A stretch of 64,000 bases of DNA from Perkinsela sp. CCAP 1560/9 (GCA_965644495.1 CBFFSA010000012.1:248001-312000); one strand, 5' to 3'. Shown: positions 1-11,031, counted from the first letter of the stretch. Program-made: numbers and translations. Notes: generated by a model not told the origin, from the sequence alone.

Positions 1-115
1 GCATGCTTCAAGAGGAGTGCAGTTAGCATACGTGAAATTGATATGCACACGTTTTCAGCGCAGTTCTTTCATACAGGGGGTTTTGACCCCCCCCATATTT
101 TCGTGCCACCCCCTG
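1..115. mobile_element. Right end (TIR) of a Tc1/mariner-type element, truncated by the window start
   Basis: TTTTGACCCCCCCCATATTTTCGTGCCACCCCCTG|TA (81-117) is nearly the reverse complement of TA|CAGGGGGTGGCACGAAAATATTGGGGGTCAAAA at 59919-59953. Confidence 0.65.
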
Positions 116-306
116 TATCTCCTTCCATATCAATTTTATGTAAGTTAGTGCAAGTGGAATACCCTTGAAAGGAGATCACAACATTTTTGTGAAAAAAATC
201 AATTCAAATTTATTCCACTTCTTATTTATTGAATGACAGTATTTTTCATTGCTTTACCTATTGCACATCCCCTATTGTTCCACTACATAATACTTTGGGA
301 CTATCA

Positions 307-1143
307 ATGATTTTATTCGGACTATTGTCGGATGCGGAAACGCGGATGTCAAAGAGGCGCAAAATAAGTAACCAGAAAGAATTTTCTGTCGAGGAATTAC
401 CCGCAGCATCTCTTCCGAAGGCTAATCCAACATCAGCGTCACGCGTTACGCGGAGGGGGAAAATCAGTTGCATCACATTGCCTCAAGAATATGCGTTAGA
501 AAAATTGGTACTCGGACTAATTACCAAGCCAGAACAGTGGACCGCTGCGACACCTGCTTGTGAGTGGACTGGAATTAAATGCGATGAGAGTGGAAACATT
601 GAAGAGATCCGCTGGGCTTGGAAAGCTCTAAAAGGCTCGTTTGACTTTGAACATATCCCTGCGACCGTCGTAAGATTTGTCGCACGTAGCAGCGGCATCT
701 CGGGAAATGTAAATTTAGAAAATCTTCCTACCGGAAGTTGCCTTCATACGTTAAGACTCGACAACAATGCTCTTAATGGCTCATTAGCTTTGACATCTCT
801 CCCTCAAAGTATAGTGGCGGTCGATTTGTCTCACAACTTTTTAACAGGTTGTATAAGTCTCGTTAATTTGCCCCCTAATTTATCAGAACTGAAACTTTCC
901 TTTAATGACTTTTCAGGACGTTTGACATTGACTGAACTTCCCGCAAATATTGATTCACTTCACTTAAATAACAATAACTTCGAAGGAAGCGTAGATTTGC
1001 ATAATCTCCCACCTCGCATAGGATATCTCCGTTTGCAGGACAACAAACTACTGAGCGGAAAAGTGAGAGTGGCAAAGCTTCCCGTAGTGCTGCTTGACTG
1101 TCTTGCAGGATTATGGTTGGGCACGAAAATATCCCTTGAGTGA
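307..1143 (+). CDS. Leucine-rich repeat protein with LRRNT_2-like cap and N-terminal basic motif (KRRKI)
   Basis: RRGKI..LPQEY motif, W..TPACEWTGIKC cap, LxLxxNxL/FxG repeats. ATG 307 chosen by alignment with the paralog at 63178. Confidence 0.85.
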   Translation: MILFGLLSDAETRMSKRRKISNQKEFSVEELPAASLPKANPTSASRVTRRGKISCITLPQEYALEKLVLGLITKPEQWTAATPACEWTGIKCDESGNIEEIRWAWKALKGSFDFEHIPATVVRFVARSSGISGNVNLENLPTGSCLHTLRLDNNALNGSLALTSLPQSIVAVDLSHNFLTGCISLVNLPPNLSELKLSFNDFSGRLTLTELPANIDSLHLNNNNFEGSVDLHNLPPRIGYLRLQDNKLLSGKVRVAKLPVVLLDCLAGLWLGTKISLE

Positions 1144-1166
1144 AGAGAGTGATTTCATTTGCCATA

Positions 1167-1601
1167 CAGGGGGGCACGAAAACTGTTGCACCTGCCATTT
1201 TTGGCTCGTGTGGCCGTTTTGGCTAACTTTTGTTGCATTTTGCAGATCTCAATGTTAATATCATGTTGAAACCACTCTGAATACAAGAGTAAACGGGGCA
1301 GGGTGGTTTTACGGACTCCGAAAACAAGGATTTTAAAGTTTTTGCAAATTTTTTTGGCTATCAAAAAATATCATATTCAACGTTCAGTAGTCAATGGAGC
1401 CACCATTTTTGGCTCGCAGCTCTTGTAATCGAGTTCGGAGGCTCATTACTAATTACCAGCCCTCGTTCAATAGATCATCCTTCGGCTTAACAATGGCGAT
1501 CTTTAGCTCAGACCGATTTTTGGGACGAAGGTGCACGTGGATGTAATCATCGATGATTTCCCACAAAATAGCAGGTGTAGCAGTTTTCATGCCCCCCCCT
1601 G
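1167..1601. mobile_element. Tc1/mariner-type MITE (~435 bp)
   Basis: TA|CAGGGGGGCACGAAAACTGTTGCACCTGC ... GCAGGTGTAGCAGTTTTCATGCCCCCCCCTG|TA: ~30-bp imperfect TIRs with TA flanks. Confidence 0.8.
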
Positions 1602-2081
1602 TATACTACTGTAGGAATCTATACTCATTTTTTTCACTTTTTACCCCCCTTTAATTATTATTATTCTTAATTTGCCAACTTTGACCATGCCCACCCAGGA
1701 CCCAGAGGGGGTGATAGGCAAACAAAGCGCAGGAAACGCTCTAGTTTTTCGAGATCTGTTGAATGCCGAAGGAATTAGATCAAAAGCTCTTGCGGTGTGC
1801 TCTGTAGCCCGGAGGGAAACCAATTCCTGGACTGTATTTTACATTTACATTGGGCTGCGTATGTGCTTTTTTGGTGAAAATAGATATTTTCTCCATAAAT
1901 ACTGCAGAGGTGTGTTAGCATGTAGCGATCTTTTTTTTTTTTTAAATTGAAAATTAATAGATCTTTTTAAAAAATAAAAAGGTGCATAGATAAAAAATGC
2001 ATAGATCATGTAGTCAGCCGGACTTCATTTTGTGATCGATTTAAATCTTACAAATTTATAATATTTTCTGTGAGTACATTC

Positions 2082-2660
2082 ATGGCTGATACCCATCACG
2101 TACACTTAGGAAAGGTCAGTGCAATCCACGCGTTTCCGCCGCAAGAATATGAACTCGCTTTATTCATTGTAGACGTTCAAAATTTGGATTCTTCCTGGAG
2201 TCGTGATACCCCAGCATGTGATTGGAATGGTATTTCCTGTGACACCTTAAAGCAAGTGATTGAGATTTGCTGGGAAGATTTAGGTCTGCGTGGTGCATTG
2301 CACTGGAATCGTCTACCTTCAACAGTAAGGAGAGTAGAACTCGGAATGGGTTTTATTGAACGAGGGAACTATCTATCGGGCAATGTACCATTTGAAGCGT
2401 TGCCACCAGGAATGGTGTACTTGGATTTAGAAAAGAATAAATTCAAGTGCCTCTTTGATGGATCTGGTTTGCCTGGTGCATTAGTTGTGTTAGATTTATC
2501 GAATAACCAATTTTACGGAACTGTTGATTTTTCATTAATTCCTGCATCCATTGAAGTAATTAAGTTAAATGGTAATTCGGATTTACGGGGTGTTTTATCT
2601 AGAGCTTGCGTCCAACAGGCCACCGTCTTTGTGCGAGGTACGAGGATTCGAATAGAGTAG
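2082..2660 (+). CDS. Leucine-rich repeat protein
   Basis: MAD..LGKV..FPPQEYEL, W..DTPACDWNGISC cap, LRR repeats. Confidence 0.8.
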   Translation: MADTHHVHLGKVSAIHAFPPQEYELALFIVDVQNLDSSWSRDTPACDWNGISCDTLKQVIEICWEDLGLRGALHWNRLPSTVRRVELGMGFIERGNYLSGNVPFEALPPGMVYLDLEKNKFKCLFDGSGLPGALVVLDLSNNQFYGTVDFSLIPASIEVIKLNGNSDLRGVLSRACVQQATVFVRGTRIRIE

Positions 2661-3049
2661 TGGGCAACAATATACACGCCCCCTACAGGTCTTGTATTTC
2701 GTCGGCGCACAAATCTGACAAAAATGGTTGGCTGAACCATTTTTTATGGCCTGGGAGCCAGACCCTGGGAGTGGCCATCCAGAAGAGCAAGCCCAGATAC
2801 ATGTAGTACAGGCGGCAGTACAGGATTGTCACCGCCGTGGCGTGCGCCAACTGGGGTGAAGAGGTAAAAAAAGAAATTTGTTTCATATTGTAAATATTCT
2901 GCATCACTCCTTTTTTAATCCCATCTGATCAAATCCCATGTCCTTTTCAAAAAGGAAAAAAGGAAATTTTCTGTACATTTTTACTGTATATTACCCGAAT
3001 TATCATTATCATTATTTGTGATCGAGGATTTTGTTTTCTTCATTTCATC

Positions 3050-5590
3050 ATGTCCACATCTACGCTCAAGTTGAAGGTCAAACGACTGAACGGCGTCGAA
3101 TTCGGCATTGAAACCACCCAAGATACCTTTGTTCGAGAGCTCAAAGCCCAGATCTCACGTGACCACGTCCCGGAGCTATCGCCGGACCAAATACGACTCA
3201 TCACCGCGGGTCGCGTGATGCGTGACCATCTTCGCCTCAGCCAGTTTCACCTCACCAATGGTCACACCCTCCACCTCGTCTCACGCCCTGTCCCCTCCCA
3301 CGAGACCCCCACCCCAAGCCCTACGCCTCAACCCTCAAACCCCGATCCCTCCCCGAATGCCAACGATACCCCCAACCCCACAGAAGCCACAGCTCACATT
3401 TTAATTGGGGAAATTCCCATGTCCAATTTTCTTACGCCCTCCATGGCTTCTTCTTCATCTGCTGCTGCGGCTACGGCTGCGGCTGCACGTAACGTCGGGG
3501 CTACCGGACTACGGCCAACGGGTCGTCGTACCCCTGCGGGGTTGGGAAATACGAGTAGTAGGAGCGGTGCGAGTAATAGTATGTATGGTACGAATCATAC
3601 AAGTACGGCTACGGCTCCTGCTCCTACTCGTATGCCCGTGACGGGGGTCGCGCTGCACCTCCATGTGAACCTGCAGGAGCTGTCGGAGGTGCCGAGGCGG
3701 CTGCAGCAGCTCGCACGGCAGCTGAACTACGTCCCGTTTGTGAATGCCGCAAACGGGAGTCGTCCAGCCACGGGGTACCCCGAGATGGGGGGAAGCGGGG
3801 AGAGGAGGGGAGGGGGGAGAGGAGGAGAAGCGGGGGAGGAGAATCCAGAGAGAAGGTCCGAAGGAGCCTCGTTGTCGGATGAAAATCTGTCAGAGGAGAC
3901 GGGGCAAGAAACGGGGGAAACCCATGAAAATGGGGAAGAGCAAGTCTCGAATACCGGTTCTACGCGCACGGCGAATGTGCGGAATGTGTTGCCGGCGAGT
4001 AGTGGAGTCGCGAGTGGGTTTACCTCTCGTGGACCCCCTTCTGCTCCGTCCTCTGCGTCCTCCGCGTGGGCTGGACCGATTCAACAAATTATACAAACGT
4101 TACTCAGTACGGCCCGTCCGGCAGCAGCAACAGAATCTTCAGCGGACTCCGCAGAACACGTGGACGAAACTTCAGGAGACGACAATGCTGAGAGCTCCGG
4201 GGTTCGAACTGCAGTTGGAGAAGAAGCCACGGAAGAAGCATCGACCACGGGGAGCCGTGCGACGCCGCCGGCGTCCGGGACTTTAACTAATGTGTCCCCC
4301 GCCGAAGGGTCCGTACCTCATTCGGAACCCGACCCCCATGCCGCGCGTGCGCAACATTTCTTCGCCGAGTTGTTACACGCGCTCCCGGGTGTCGCGGATC
4401 TCACCCAGGTGTTTCTCGGTCCCCCGAACGGGGAGCAAACGATCTGGGACCTCTTAGTGACTCAACTCCACCATTTGGTGTTGCGTACACTACGTCGACA
4501 GCCCACAGAGGAGGACCAAGGCCGACTCCATGACCGCCTCCCCCCCGGGACCTCCTTTCTGGTCTACCATATTCTTCGTGCGCTGGAGGGTGCGCTGGTC
4601 TCCCCCTCGCTGGCAACGCTCCAAGAGCACTGCGCTCTTACTACGGGACTCCAATTCAATATTGAGACCCGCCGGGTCGTGTTTTTTATCTGCACTCGGC
4701 TACAGGAGTTCTTTTTAACTCAAACCCCCGTGGAGTCCGATGCCTTCACTCTGCGGGAGTTTGCCTCCGCGCTACGACGAGAGGCCGAGACCTCATTACT
4801 TGCGCTCACGCATTATCTCCACACAAGATGTCTTGTGGAGGTAGGAGGGGGAGGAGGGGGAAGGAACGGGCTGCAGTTGCTACTCACGGCGTGGCTACAG
4901 CAGCTAATGCCGCTGTCACAGCTCAAGGCGGTACGGCCGGAGTTAGCCGCGTTCTGGCCGATGGTCCAGTCCGCTCTTTTTTCCCCTCTCCCGGGGTTGT
5001 ATGAGAGTCTTCGGGCGAATGCCGGTCCAGAGGCGCTGGAAAAGTTAATGAAAGAGATTCGGGCCACAGAGGTGGTGGGGGCATTGCCTCCGCTTCCTCG
5101 GGAAGTCAGTTCCGGATCCGATAGTGCAACGAGTGAGTCATCGAGTGCAACGAAGGACAGAAAGGCGCAGGAAACATTAAACTCACCACGGAAAAAACGA
5201 CGTGGGGAGGGCAGTGCCATAGGAGGTGGGTGGGAGGAAAAAGGGCAAGTGCGTGACGCTCCTTCCGTTTCTGATGTTTTGACGGGTCCTGACGTAGGAT
5301 TTCGGGAAGGTTCTATGGAGGACTTGTTGGAAGACGCATTGAACGCAACTTATACTCCACCAAAGAGCACGACACCCGCAGAGGTGAGTCAAGAGTCAGG
5401 GATAGACACTATGCACAGCGATTCATCAAAGTCTAATACGTCCTCTTCCGTTGAAAAATTTAACCTTCTCTCGCCTTCTACAGTTGAAATGCTTCGCCGT
5501 GACGAAGATATTATAAAGGCCGAAACAGAGGATTCGCAAGAGTCTCCTGTGAGTCTTAGCGAGGGATATTTTGATGCTTTCAAGGAATAA
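3050..5590 (+). CDS. Ubiquitin-like domain protein, BAG6/Scythe-like
   Basis: N-terminal UBL (LKVKRLNG...IRLITAGRVMRD...TLHLV), long low-complexity linker, PRKKRR NLS, C-terminal LRRDEDII..SLSEGY resembling the BAG6 IQQD..PLSDAY motif. Confidence 0.7.
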   Translation: MSTSTLKLKVKRLNGVEFGIETTQDTFVRELKAQISRDHVPELSPDQIRLITAGRVMRDHLRLSQFHLTNGHTLHLVSRPVPSHETPTPSPTPQPSNPDPSPNANDTPNPTEATAHILIGEIPMSNFLTPSMASSSSAAAATAAAARNVGATGLRPTGRRTPAGLGNTSSRSGASNSMYGTNHTSTATAPAPTRMPVTGVALHLHVNLQELSEVPRRLQQLARQLNYVPFVNAANGSRPATGYPEMGGSGERRGGGRGGEAGEENPERRSEGASLSDENLSEETGQETGETHENGEEQVSNTGSTRTANVRNVLPASSGVASGFTSRGPPSAPSSASSAWAGPIQQIIQTLLSTARPAAATESSADSAEHVDETSGDDNAESSGVRTAVGEEATEEASTTGSRATPPASGTLTNVSPAEGSVPHSEPDPHAARAQHFFAELLHALPGVADLTQVFLGPPNGEQTIWDLLVTQLHHLVLRTLRRQPTEEDQGRLHDRLPPGTSFLVYHILRALEGALVSPSLATLQEHCALTTGLQFNIETRRVVFFICTRLQEFFLTQTPVESDAFTLREFASALRREAETSLLALTHYLHTRCLVEVGGGGGGRNGLQLLLTAWLQQLMPLSQLKAVRPELAAFWPMVQSALFSPLPGLYESLRANAGPEALEKLMKEIRATEVVGALPPLPREVSSGSDSATSESSSATKDRKAQETLNSPRKKRRGEGSAIGGGWEEKGQVRDAPSVSDVLTGPDVGFREGSMEDLLEDALNATYTPPKSTTPAEVSQESGIDTMHSDSSKSNTSSSVEKFNLLSPSTVEMLRRDEDIIKAETEDSQESPVSLSEGYFDAFKE

Positions 5591-5759
5591 AATCTGTGTA
5601 GGGTATGGCGAGCGCGTTTTCTGCTTTGCTTGCTGGGTAACGGGGGAATCTGCGCACTTACAGTTCCGATCGAATTACGATGTGGTCCTATTGTGTATGA
5701 TAGAAGAACAGCATTGTTTATGTAAACTATAAGAAGCACACGTAGTTGTCACGAAAAAT

Positions 5760-7040
5760 TTTGAACTGCGCAGAAAGCAAGAAAGAATTTTGTGCATTGA
5801 TACTGAAAAATATATGAAATGAGTTACTTGTACTTACTACTTTCTAATAAATAGTAATCTATGCATTCTATCATACTATTTATACCGTTCATTGATACAC
5901 CCTTCGACCAAATGATGCCCTAATTTTGACGTAGACCCCGTTGATCCCATAATTCGATAAATACCATCCTCTGTGGACTTGAATCGGGCGCATACTGTAT
6001 TCTGCAAATCCACTTCAGTTCCCAATACAGTGTCTTTACGCGTTGACCTCGTAGTGATTACTATTCTTTTAACACTGCAAAGCTGGATTTTGGTGGTACA
6101 GTCGACCAACATTTTGGTGATACAGTCGACTCCCCCTTAACAGATCTTGGGTGAAAGATATTGCACTCAAAAGATTCAAGAGGGGCTTCTAGGATCTCCG
6201 CTGTAGAAAAGGCTCCAGCTCTGATGAGCTCTTCAGCTCTTTTACGTGCCGATGTGGGGGGAGCGTTGGCCGGTATGAGCGAGGGGGCCATCGTCTCCGA
6301 TCCCTCCAAATGATTACATCCGCAGTTCCCTTTCCATTTGTTCTTGGGAGAGCTTTTCCTCTGGAAAAAACAGGAAACGCTTGATGCCTAGGAGTAGGTT
6401 CCACGCCAATACTTCGCAGTCCAATACTTCGCGGCTTTTTTTGCGTTATAAATTCACTGGGCACGCGTTCTAATTCACTGGGCCCATGGCTGTATAGGGA
6501 GGTCATCGAGTATGCTTAGTACCATACAAAAAATCTTTTCTCGGATGGAAAAGCTTCTCTGTGTCGGCCAGATTATCAGCCTCATCAGAAAGCTTCAAGG
6601 CCGGCTGAAGAATTTTTTTCCATATATGGAGTGATGAATAATGACCTCCCATATGAGGAATGAGAACAGCCGATGCTTGCTCATGGGTCAGATTCGGATG
6701 GAGCATTGCCAGAGCGCATAGCACGCCATGCGTTGGGCTTTTTGAAAGAAACGTTCGGCTCTACAACCACATCAGAAGAATACCCGTGAAGTGTGAAACG
6801 TCTTTCTAGGGAAGAAGTATCATGCGGAGAAGTTTAAAATAATAAAGTAAGCTTGTTATTCAAAATCTGTAGAGCTTTGATTACTACTCTCCGCACTACA
6901 ACTCTCTGTCAGGGGCAAATTCGGCACTGTTTCGTTCCTCCTGAGACATCTTGAGATACTCCAAACCTCTCTAGGCTCTTTTCAAAGGAATGTGGAGCAC
7001 CTTCTTTAAGGTCTGTTGCACCCAATGGCGTAACCGATCG
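5760..7040 (-). pseudogene. Degenerate coding sequence of unknown, probably mobile-element, origin
   Basis: Chain of short - strand ORF fragments (5876-6724) abutting the SL-bounded repeat; no recognisable domain. Confidence 0.3.
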
Positions 7041-7048
7041 AATTTAGA

Positions 7049-7083
7049 TTATAAAGATACAGTTTCTGTACTTTGTTGGTACA
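7049..7083 (+). ncRNA. Spliced-leader (mini-exon)-like fragment, approx. nt 10-39 plus GTACA
   Basis: Matches the conserved kinetoplastid SL 3' half (GATACAGTTTCTGTACTTTaTTG) followed by a GT donor; no downstream SL-intron stem or Sm site seen. Confidence 0.7.
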
Positions 7084-7626
7084 TTTTCCTTTAGTTCATC
7101 TTTTCTTTCCCCGGCAACGAGCATAGTCTTACTGTTTATATGCCCGTTGCCGGCCGGCGCTAAGGCCGAAACTGTCCCTCCTTCTCGGCGAAGTAGCGGG
7201 CGTGCTTCCACCCCATCACCCCTCCCCGGCTCACTCTTTGAGTGGGTTTTCTTCCCTCCACGGCTTCCTTCCCTTCGCGCCCTTTCCTTCCCGGGGAGCC
7301 ATGCGCCATGGTGGCCTCCCTTGAGCACCACTGGGTGTGGCTCTGCCTCGTCTTATCGCGAGGCAGCGGTCGGTTGCAGTGCGCCCCTCCGGCTGCGTAA
7401 AGAGGTGGTGAGTTGCCTGTACCACCTCTACCGACTGGGACCGAGTCGGTTGCAGTGCGCCCCTCCGGCTGCGTAAAGAGAGGGCGAGTTGCCTGGACCC
7501 CCTCTACCGACAGAGTCCGAGCTAAACCCCCTTGGTGCGACATCCGTCATTACGGATTGTGCCGATGATATCGGCTGTCGCATCAAGGGCTGTATCTCTG
7601 CGCCAATGAGCGCATGAACATCAAAA
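7049..7626. repeat. SL-bounded structured non-coding repeat, copy 1
   Basis: Near-identical to 10034-10610; begins with TTATAAAGATACAGTTTCTGTACTTTGTTG|GTAC; many hairpins and an internal ~66-nt duplication. Confidence 0.85.
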
Positions 7627-7905
7627 TTGATGGAAAATGCTTTTGCAGGAACTCCTGATTTGCAGCACTTGCCCTCCACGTTGATTTATCTCAATCTCTC
7701 AGAAAATAATTTCCACGGGTATGTGATACTAGATTCTCTTCCTGAAAGTATAAGTTTACACTTGAATAATAACAACGCGATCCACGGGAAGATCGAAGAG
7801 AAATTACTTCCTTGAGGTACACACGTCTCAACAATGGGAACCTACGTTACGGTTCATAGACGCCCGAATCACGACAAGATCTCAAAACAGAAGGTACGGT
7901 TCTGA
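7627..7905 (+). pseudogene. 3' fragment of an LRR gene (paralog of 8175-8981)
   Basis: LQHLPSTLIYLNLSENNFHG; internal TGA; C-terminus KQKVRF vs KRKVHF in 8175; 5' half missing. Confidence 0.75.
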
Positions 7906-7965
7906 ACGACACTAACCTACAGTCAGTAAAAAAAGCCTTTCCAAATGTTTCGAATTTTTTTCTTT

Positions 7966-8050
7966 TGTATACAGCCATAGATGTACAGCCCTTTCGTACA
8001 GCCATAGATTCAATACTAGTATCAGCGTTGCGCTGGTAATGTGTGCTAGT
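7966..8050 (+). mobile_element. Possible Helitron 3' end / mini-Helitron
   Basis: Hairpin ATCAGCG-TTG-CGCTGGT (8021-8037), 8 nt, then CTAG|T (8046-8050); TACAGCC repeats upstream; 5' TC end not identified. Confidence 0.4.
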
Positions 8051-8174
8051 AGTGTAGGCATGAGTGTTACTTAATAGTACCCATAGTTCATCTCAGTTCG
8101 CTCTACCAAAGGATTAAGAATGAATTAAACAAATAGTCGAAAAAAACACTTTATCACAGTTGATCTTCTGAGAA

Positions 8175-8981
8175 ATGTCAATTATAATGGTTTGGCCTGC
8201 TGATGATTCAACTCAATCACAGGTAAGTATTTCGAGACGTGCGCGTCCTTCTAAAGTCAGGGGTGCTATGCTACCGCAAGAGTACGAGCTAGTCCGACTA
8301 TTTGCAGATGTGAAGAAGCCAGATTCCTCCTGGAATGTCAATACCCCTGCGTGTGAGTGGTACGGAATTAAATGGGAGAATCGATACAGCACACAAGTCT
8401 ACAAAATCAATTTGAAATGGTTTCGCGCTGGGGGTGAACTCCATTTGACGTATCTACCCTACACTGTCACATATTTCCGTGGGGCCACTAATGATTTTAC
8501 TGGTACAGTATGTCTAGATTCACTCCCTCCTTCGCTTGAATACCTGAATCTTGCCACAAATCACTTCACAGGGCCAGTAAATTTGACATCCTTACCACAA
8601 AGTCTTCTTTATCTTTACCTTGAAGAGAACAATTTTTCAGGGGATATTTGCCTTAGTCAATTGCCAAGGCGAATCAGTCACATCTGTCTCAACAATAATA
8701 CTCTGACGGGCAAGCTGGAATTGCAGCATTTACCACCTACGCTGCACTATCTTGGCCTTTCGGCGAATTTATTTCGCGGATATTTAAATTTCGACTCTCT
8801 TCATGGAATTCTGAGTCTCTATCTGGACAACAACGAAGCACTTCACGGAGAACTACGCAAAGAAGACCTCCCGTGGGGTGCGTATCTTTCGGTGAGGGGT
8901 ACTGGTATCACACTGCACCGCCGAAAAGAGCTTGCTTATCCATCGAAAAGAAAAGTACATTTTCCTTGCATGAAACTTTGA
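8175..8981 (+). CDS. Leucine-rich repeat protein
   Basis: AD...RPSKVRGAMLPQEYEL, SSWNVNTPACEW cap, ~6 LRRs. Confidence 0.85.
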   Translation: MSIIMVWPADDSTQSQVSISRRARPSKVRGAMLPQEYELVRLFADVKKPDSSWNVNTPACEWYGIKWENRYSTQVYKINLKWFRAGGELHLTYLPYTVTYFRGATNDFTGTVCLDSLPPSLEYLNLATNHFTGPVNLTSLPQSLLYLYLEENNFSGDICLSQLPRRISHICLNNNTLTGKLELQHLPPTLHYLGLSANLFRGYLNFDSLHGILSLYLDNNEALHGELRKEDLPWGAYLSVRGTGITLHRRKELAYPSKRKVHFPCMKL

Positions 8982-9134
8982 CTGATTTACATGATTTCCT
9001 GAATTGAGTTACTCAGATTAAACGGGGGCCCGGGGTAACATACCTGTAGCACCATAACATACCAGGGCATATGTTACCGGGTGGTATCGTGAACAAGGGG
9101 TAGATAACATACCCACCTCTGAATTAGGTCTCAC

Positions 9135-9215
9135 TACAAAAACTTTCTTCAGCTTCAATTTTGTGCTTATGAAAGGGGGGTAAGGGGGGATGCATATTAA
9201 AGAGGGGGGTCACAG
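9135..9215. mobile_element. Terminal fragment of a CTGTGACCC-TIR DNA transposon
   Basis: GCATATTAAAGAGGGGGGTCACAG|TA; related ends at 44260-44311 and 57195-57278. Confidence 0.5.
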
Positions 9216-9649
9216 TATAAGTAAGAAACTAATTGCGTACACTGAAAATCAAAAGCTGCAAATTTCATGGATACATTTCTGTTTGATCGCCATCTGACTC
9301 ACTACTTATCAGAAGATCTAATTCATCTCTCTCAAACGAATCTTCCTCATAAGCACCGCTTGTCGGGTGAACTGAAGCAAATTTAGCCTTTTCACGTTCA
9401 GAATTTTTCTTCATTTTTCGGGCTGATTTTTTTCCCGTTTTATAAACTAGTAGGTTCATTTTTAGATTTTTGGTGATTCTTTTATGCCTTGTCAAGGGTG
9501 TGTTAGGTTTTCTTGTCGGCGTGACCTCATATTAAACAAAGTAGCTCTTTAGACCGAGGAAATCGAATGGATCAAAAGTCATAAGCTGGTAGTCCTGAAA
9601 GTTTTGTGCTACAGAAAAGTACACAAGTCGCCCTAACACATGAAACTCA

Positions 9650-10033
9650 TCTAGTCTAATCTAATTTTGCACCCATTTGGCCTTGACAGGCTATGGGTCC
9701 TCTACCGTCCACGCGAGGGGGCTCGACGGCTCGGATGTTACTCCGATGCGTACGGCCGCTCCTTGCGGACCGGCGGGCGAGCCAGCCGTAGCAACCCACG
9801 GCTGGCACTTCACATAGGACGGGAGTCGGAGACGCAGTGAGGCTAGGATGAAACTCATTGTCGCAAAGTGGTGGTGCACCAAAACGTCAACGGAAAGTAT
9901 GGTGCTTCGGGGAATGCTGGTTTGAAGAGGAACGCCGATGATGTCATGCTAAGAATCTTGGAGAACTTACAGACTCATTGCATTCATCTTTAAGTATATT
10001 CTTTAAGTATATTCACCTTTAAGTATATTCATC
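9650..10033 (-). other. GC-rich multi-hairpin non-coding segment adjoining repeat copy 2
   Basis: Hairpins GCCAGCCGT/ACGGCTGGC, UCC-GCAA-GGA and UCGGA/UCCGA; TTAGA-like repeats at 9650-9665; TAAGTATATTC x3 at 9991-10030. Confidence 0.4.
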
Positions 10034-10610
10034 TTACAAAGATACAGTTTCTGTACCTTGTTGGTACATTTTCCTTTAGTTCATCTTTTCTTTCCCCGAC
10101 AACGGGCATAGTCTTACTGTTTATATGCCCGTTGCCGGCCGGCGCTAAGGCCGAAACTGTCCCTCCTTCTCGGCGAAGTAGCGGACGTGCTTCCACCCCA
10201 TCACCCCTCCCCGGCTCACTCTTTGAGTGGGTTTTCTTCCCTCCCCGGCTTCCTTCCCTTCGCGCCCTTTCCTTCCCGGGGAGCCATGCGCCATGGTGGC
10301 CTCCCTTGAGCACCACTGGTCGTGGCTCTGCCTCGTCTTATCGCGAGGCAGCGGTCGGTTGCAGTGCGCCCCTCCGGCTGCGTAAAGAGGTGGTGAGTTG
10401 CCTGTACCACCTCTACCGACTGGGACCGAGTCGGTTGCAGTACGCCCCTCCGGCTGCGTAAAGAGAGGGCGAGTTGCCTGGACCCCCTCTACCGACAGAG
10501 TCCGAGCTAAACCCCCTTGGTGCGACATCCGTCATTACGGATTGTGCCGGTGATATCGGCTGTCGCATCAAGGGCTGTATCTCTGCGCCAACGAGCGCAT
10601 GAACATCAAA
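10034..10610. repeat. SL-bounded structured non-coding repeat, copy 2
   Basis: Starts TTACAAAGATACAGTTTCTGTACCTTGTTG|GTAC; near-identical to 7049-7626. Confidence 0.85.
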
Positions 10611-11031
10611 TCAAAGCACATTAGGTGCTTGCTCTATCCAATATTGCGGTGGTTGTAAAACTACGGCTCTACACTCGATTATTGAAAAAAAAGTGAACAA
10701 AAACAGTGAAAATATAGAGGGGAACACAGTAATATAATAGAAGAAAAAAATATAAAAGGGGGCTCCGGTGGACCAAAACTGAAAAAAAAAATTGAAAAAA
10801 ATGGGGGGTCCAGGGGGGGGTCATGGTCGAGCAATTTTTTTCGAAAAAATTAGTTTTCGAAAAAAAACCGCAGAAAGGGTAGCCGGGGTCTTGGCGCGCA
10901 TTTTCCACCCCCCTACCCGGGGGTGACCGCCGCGCGTATCCGCAGGACGGGTCCGCCAAGTTCGGATTTTTTCGGAAAAAAAATTTTGAAAAAAATTTCA
11001 ACTTGGCGAAAAAAATGACAAAAAGAATATT

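Noticed and set aside
6550-6600. Hammerhead-like CUGAUGA-stem-GACA on the - strand
   Set aside because: GAAA is replaced by GACA and no convincing stems I or III with a UH site are present
7044-7679. Overlapping short ORFs in the repeat (also 10029-10528)
   Set aside because: GC-rich hairpin sequence opens all frames; no domain is recognisable
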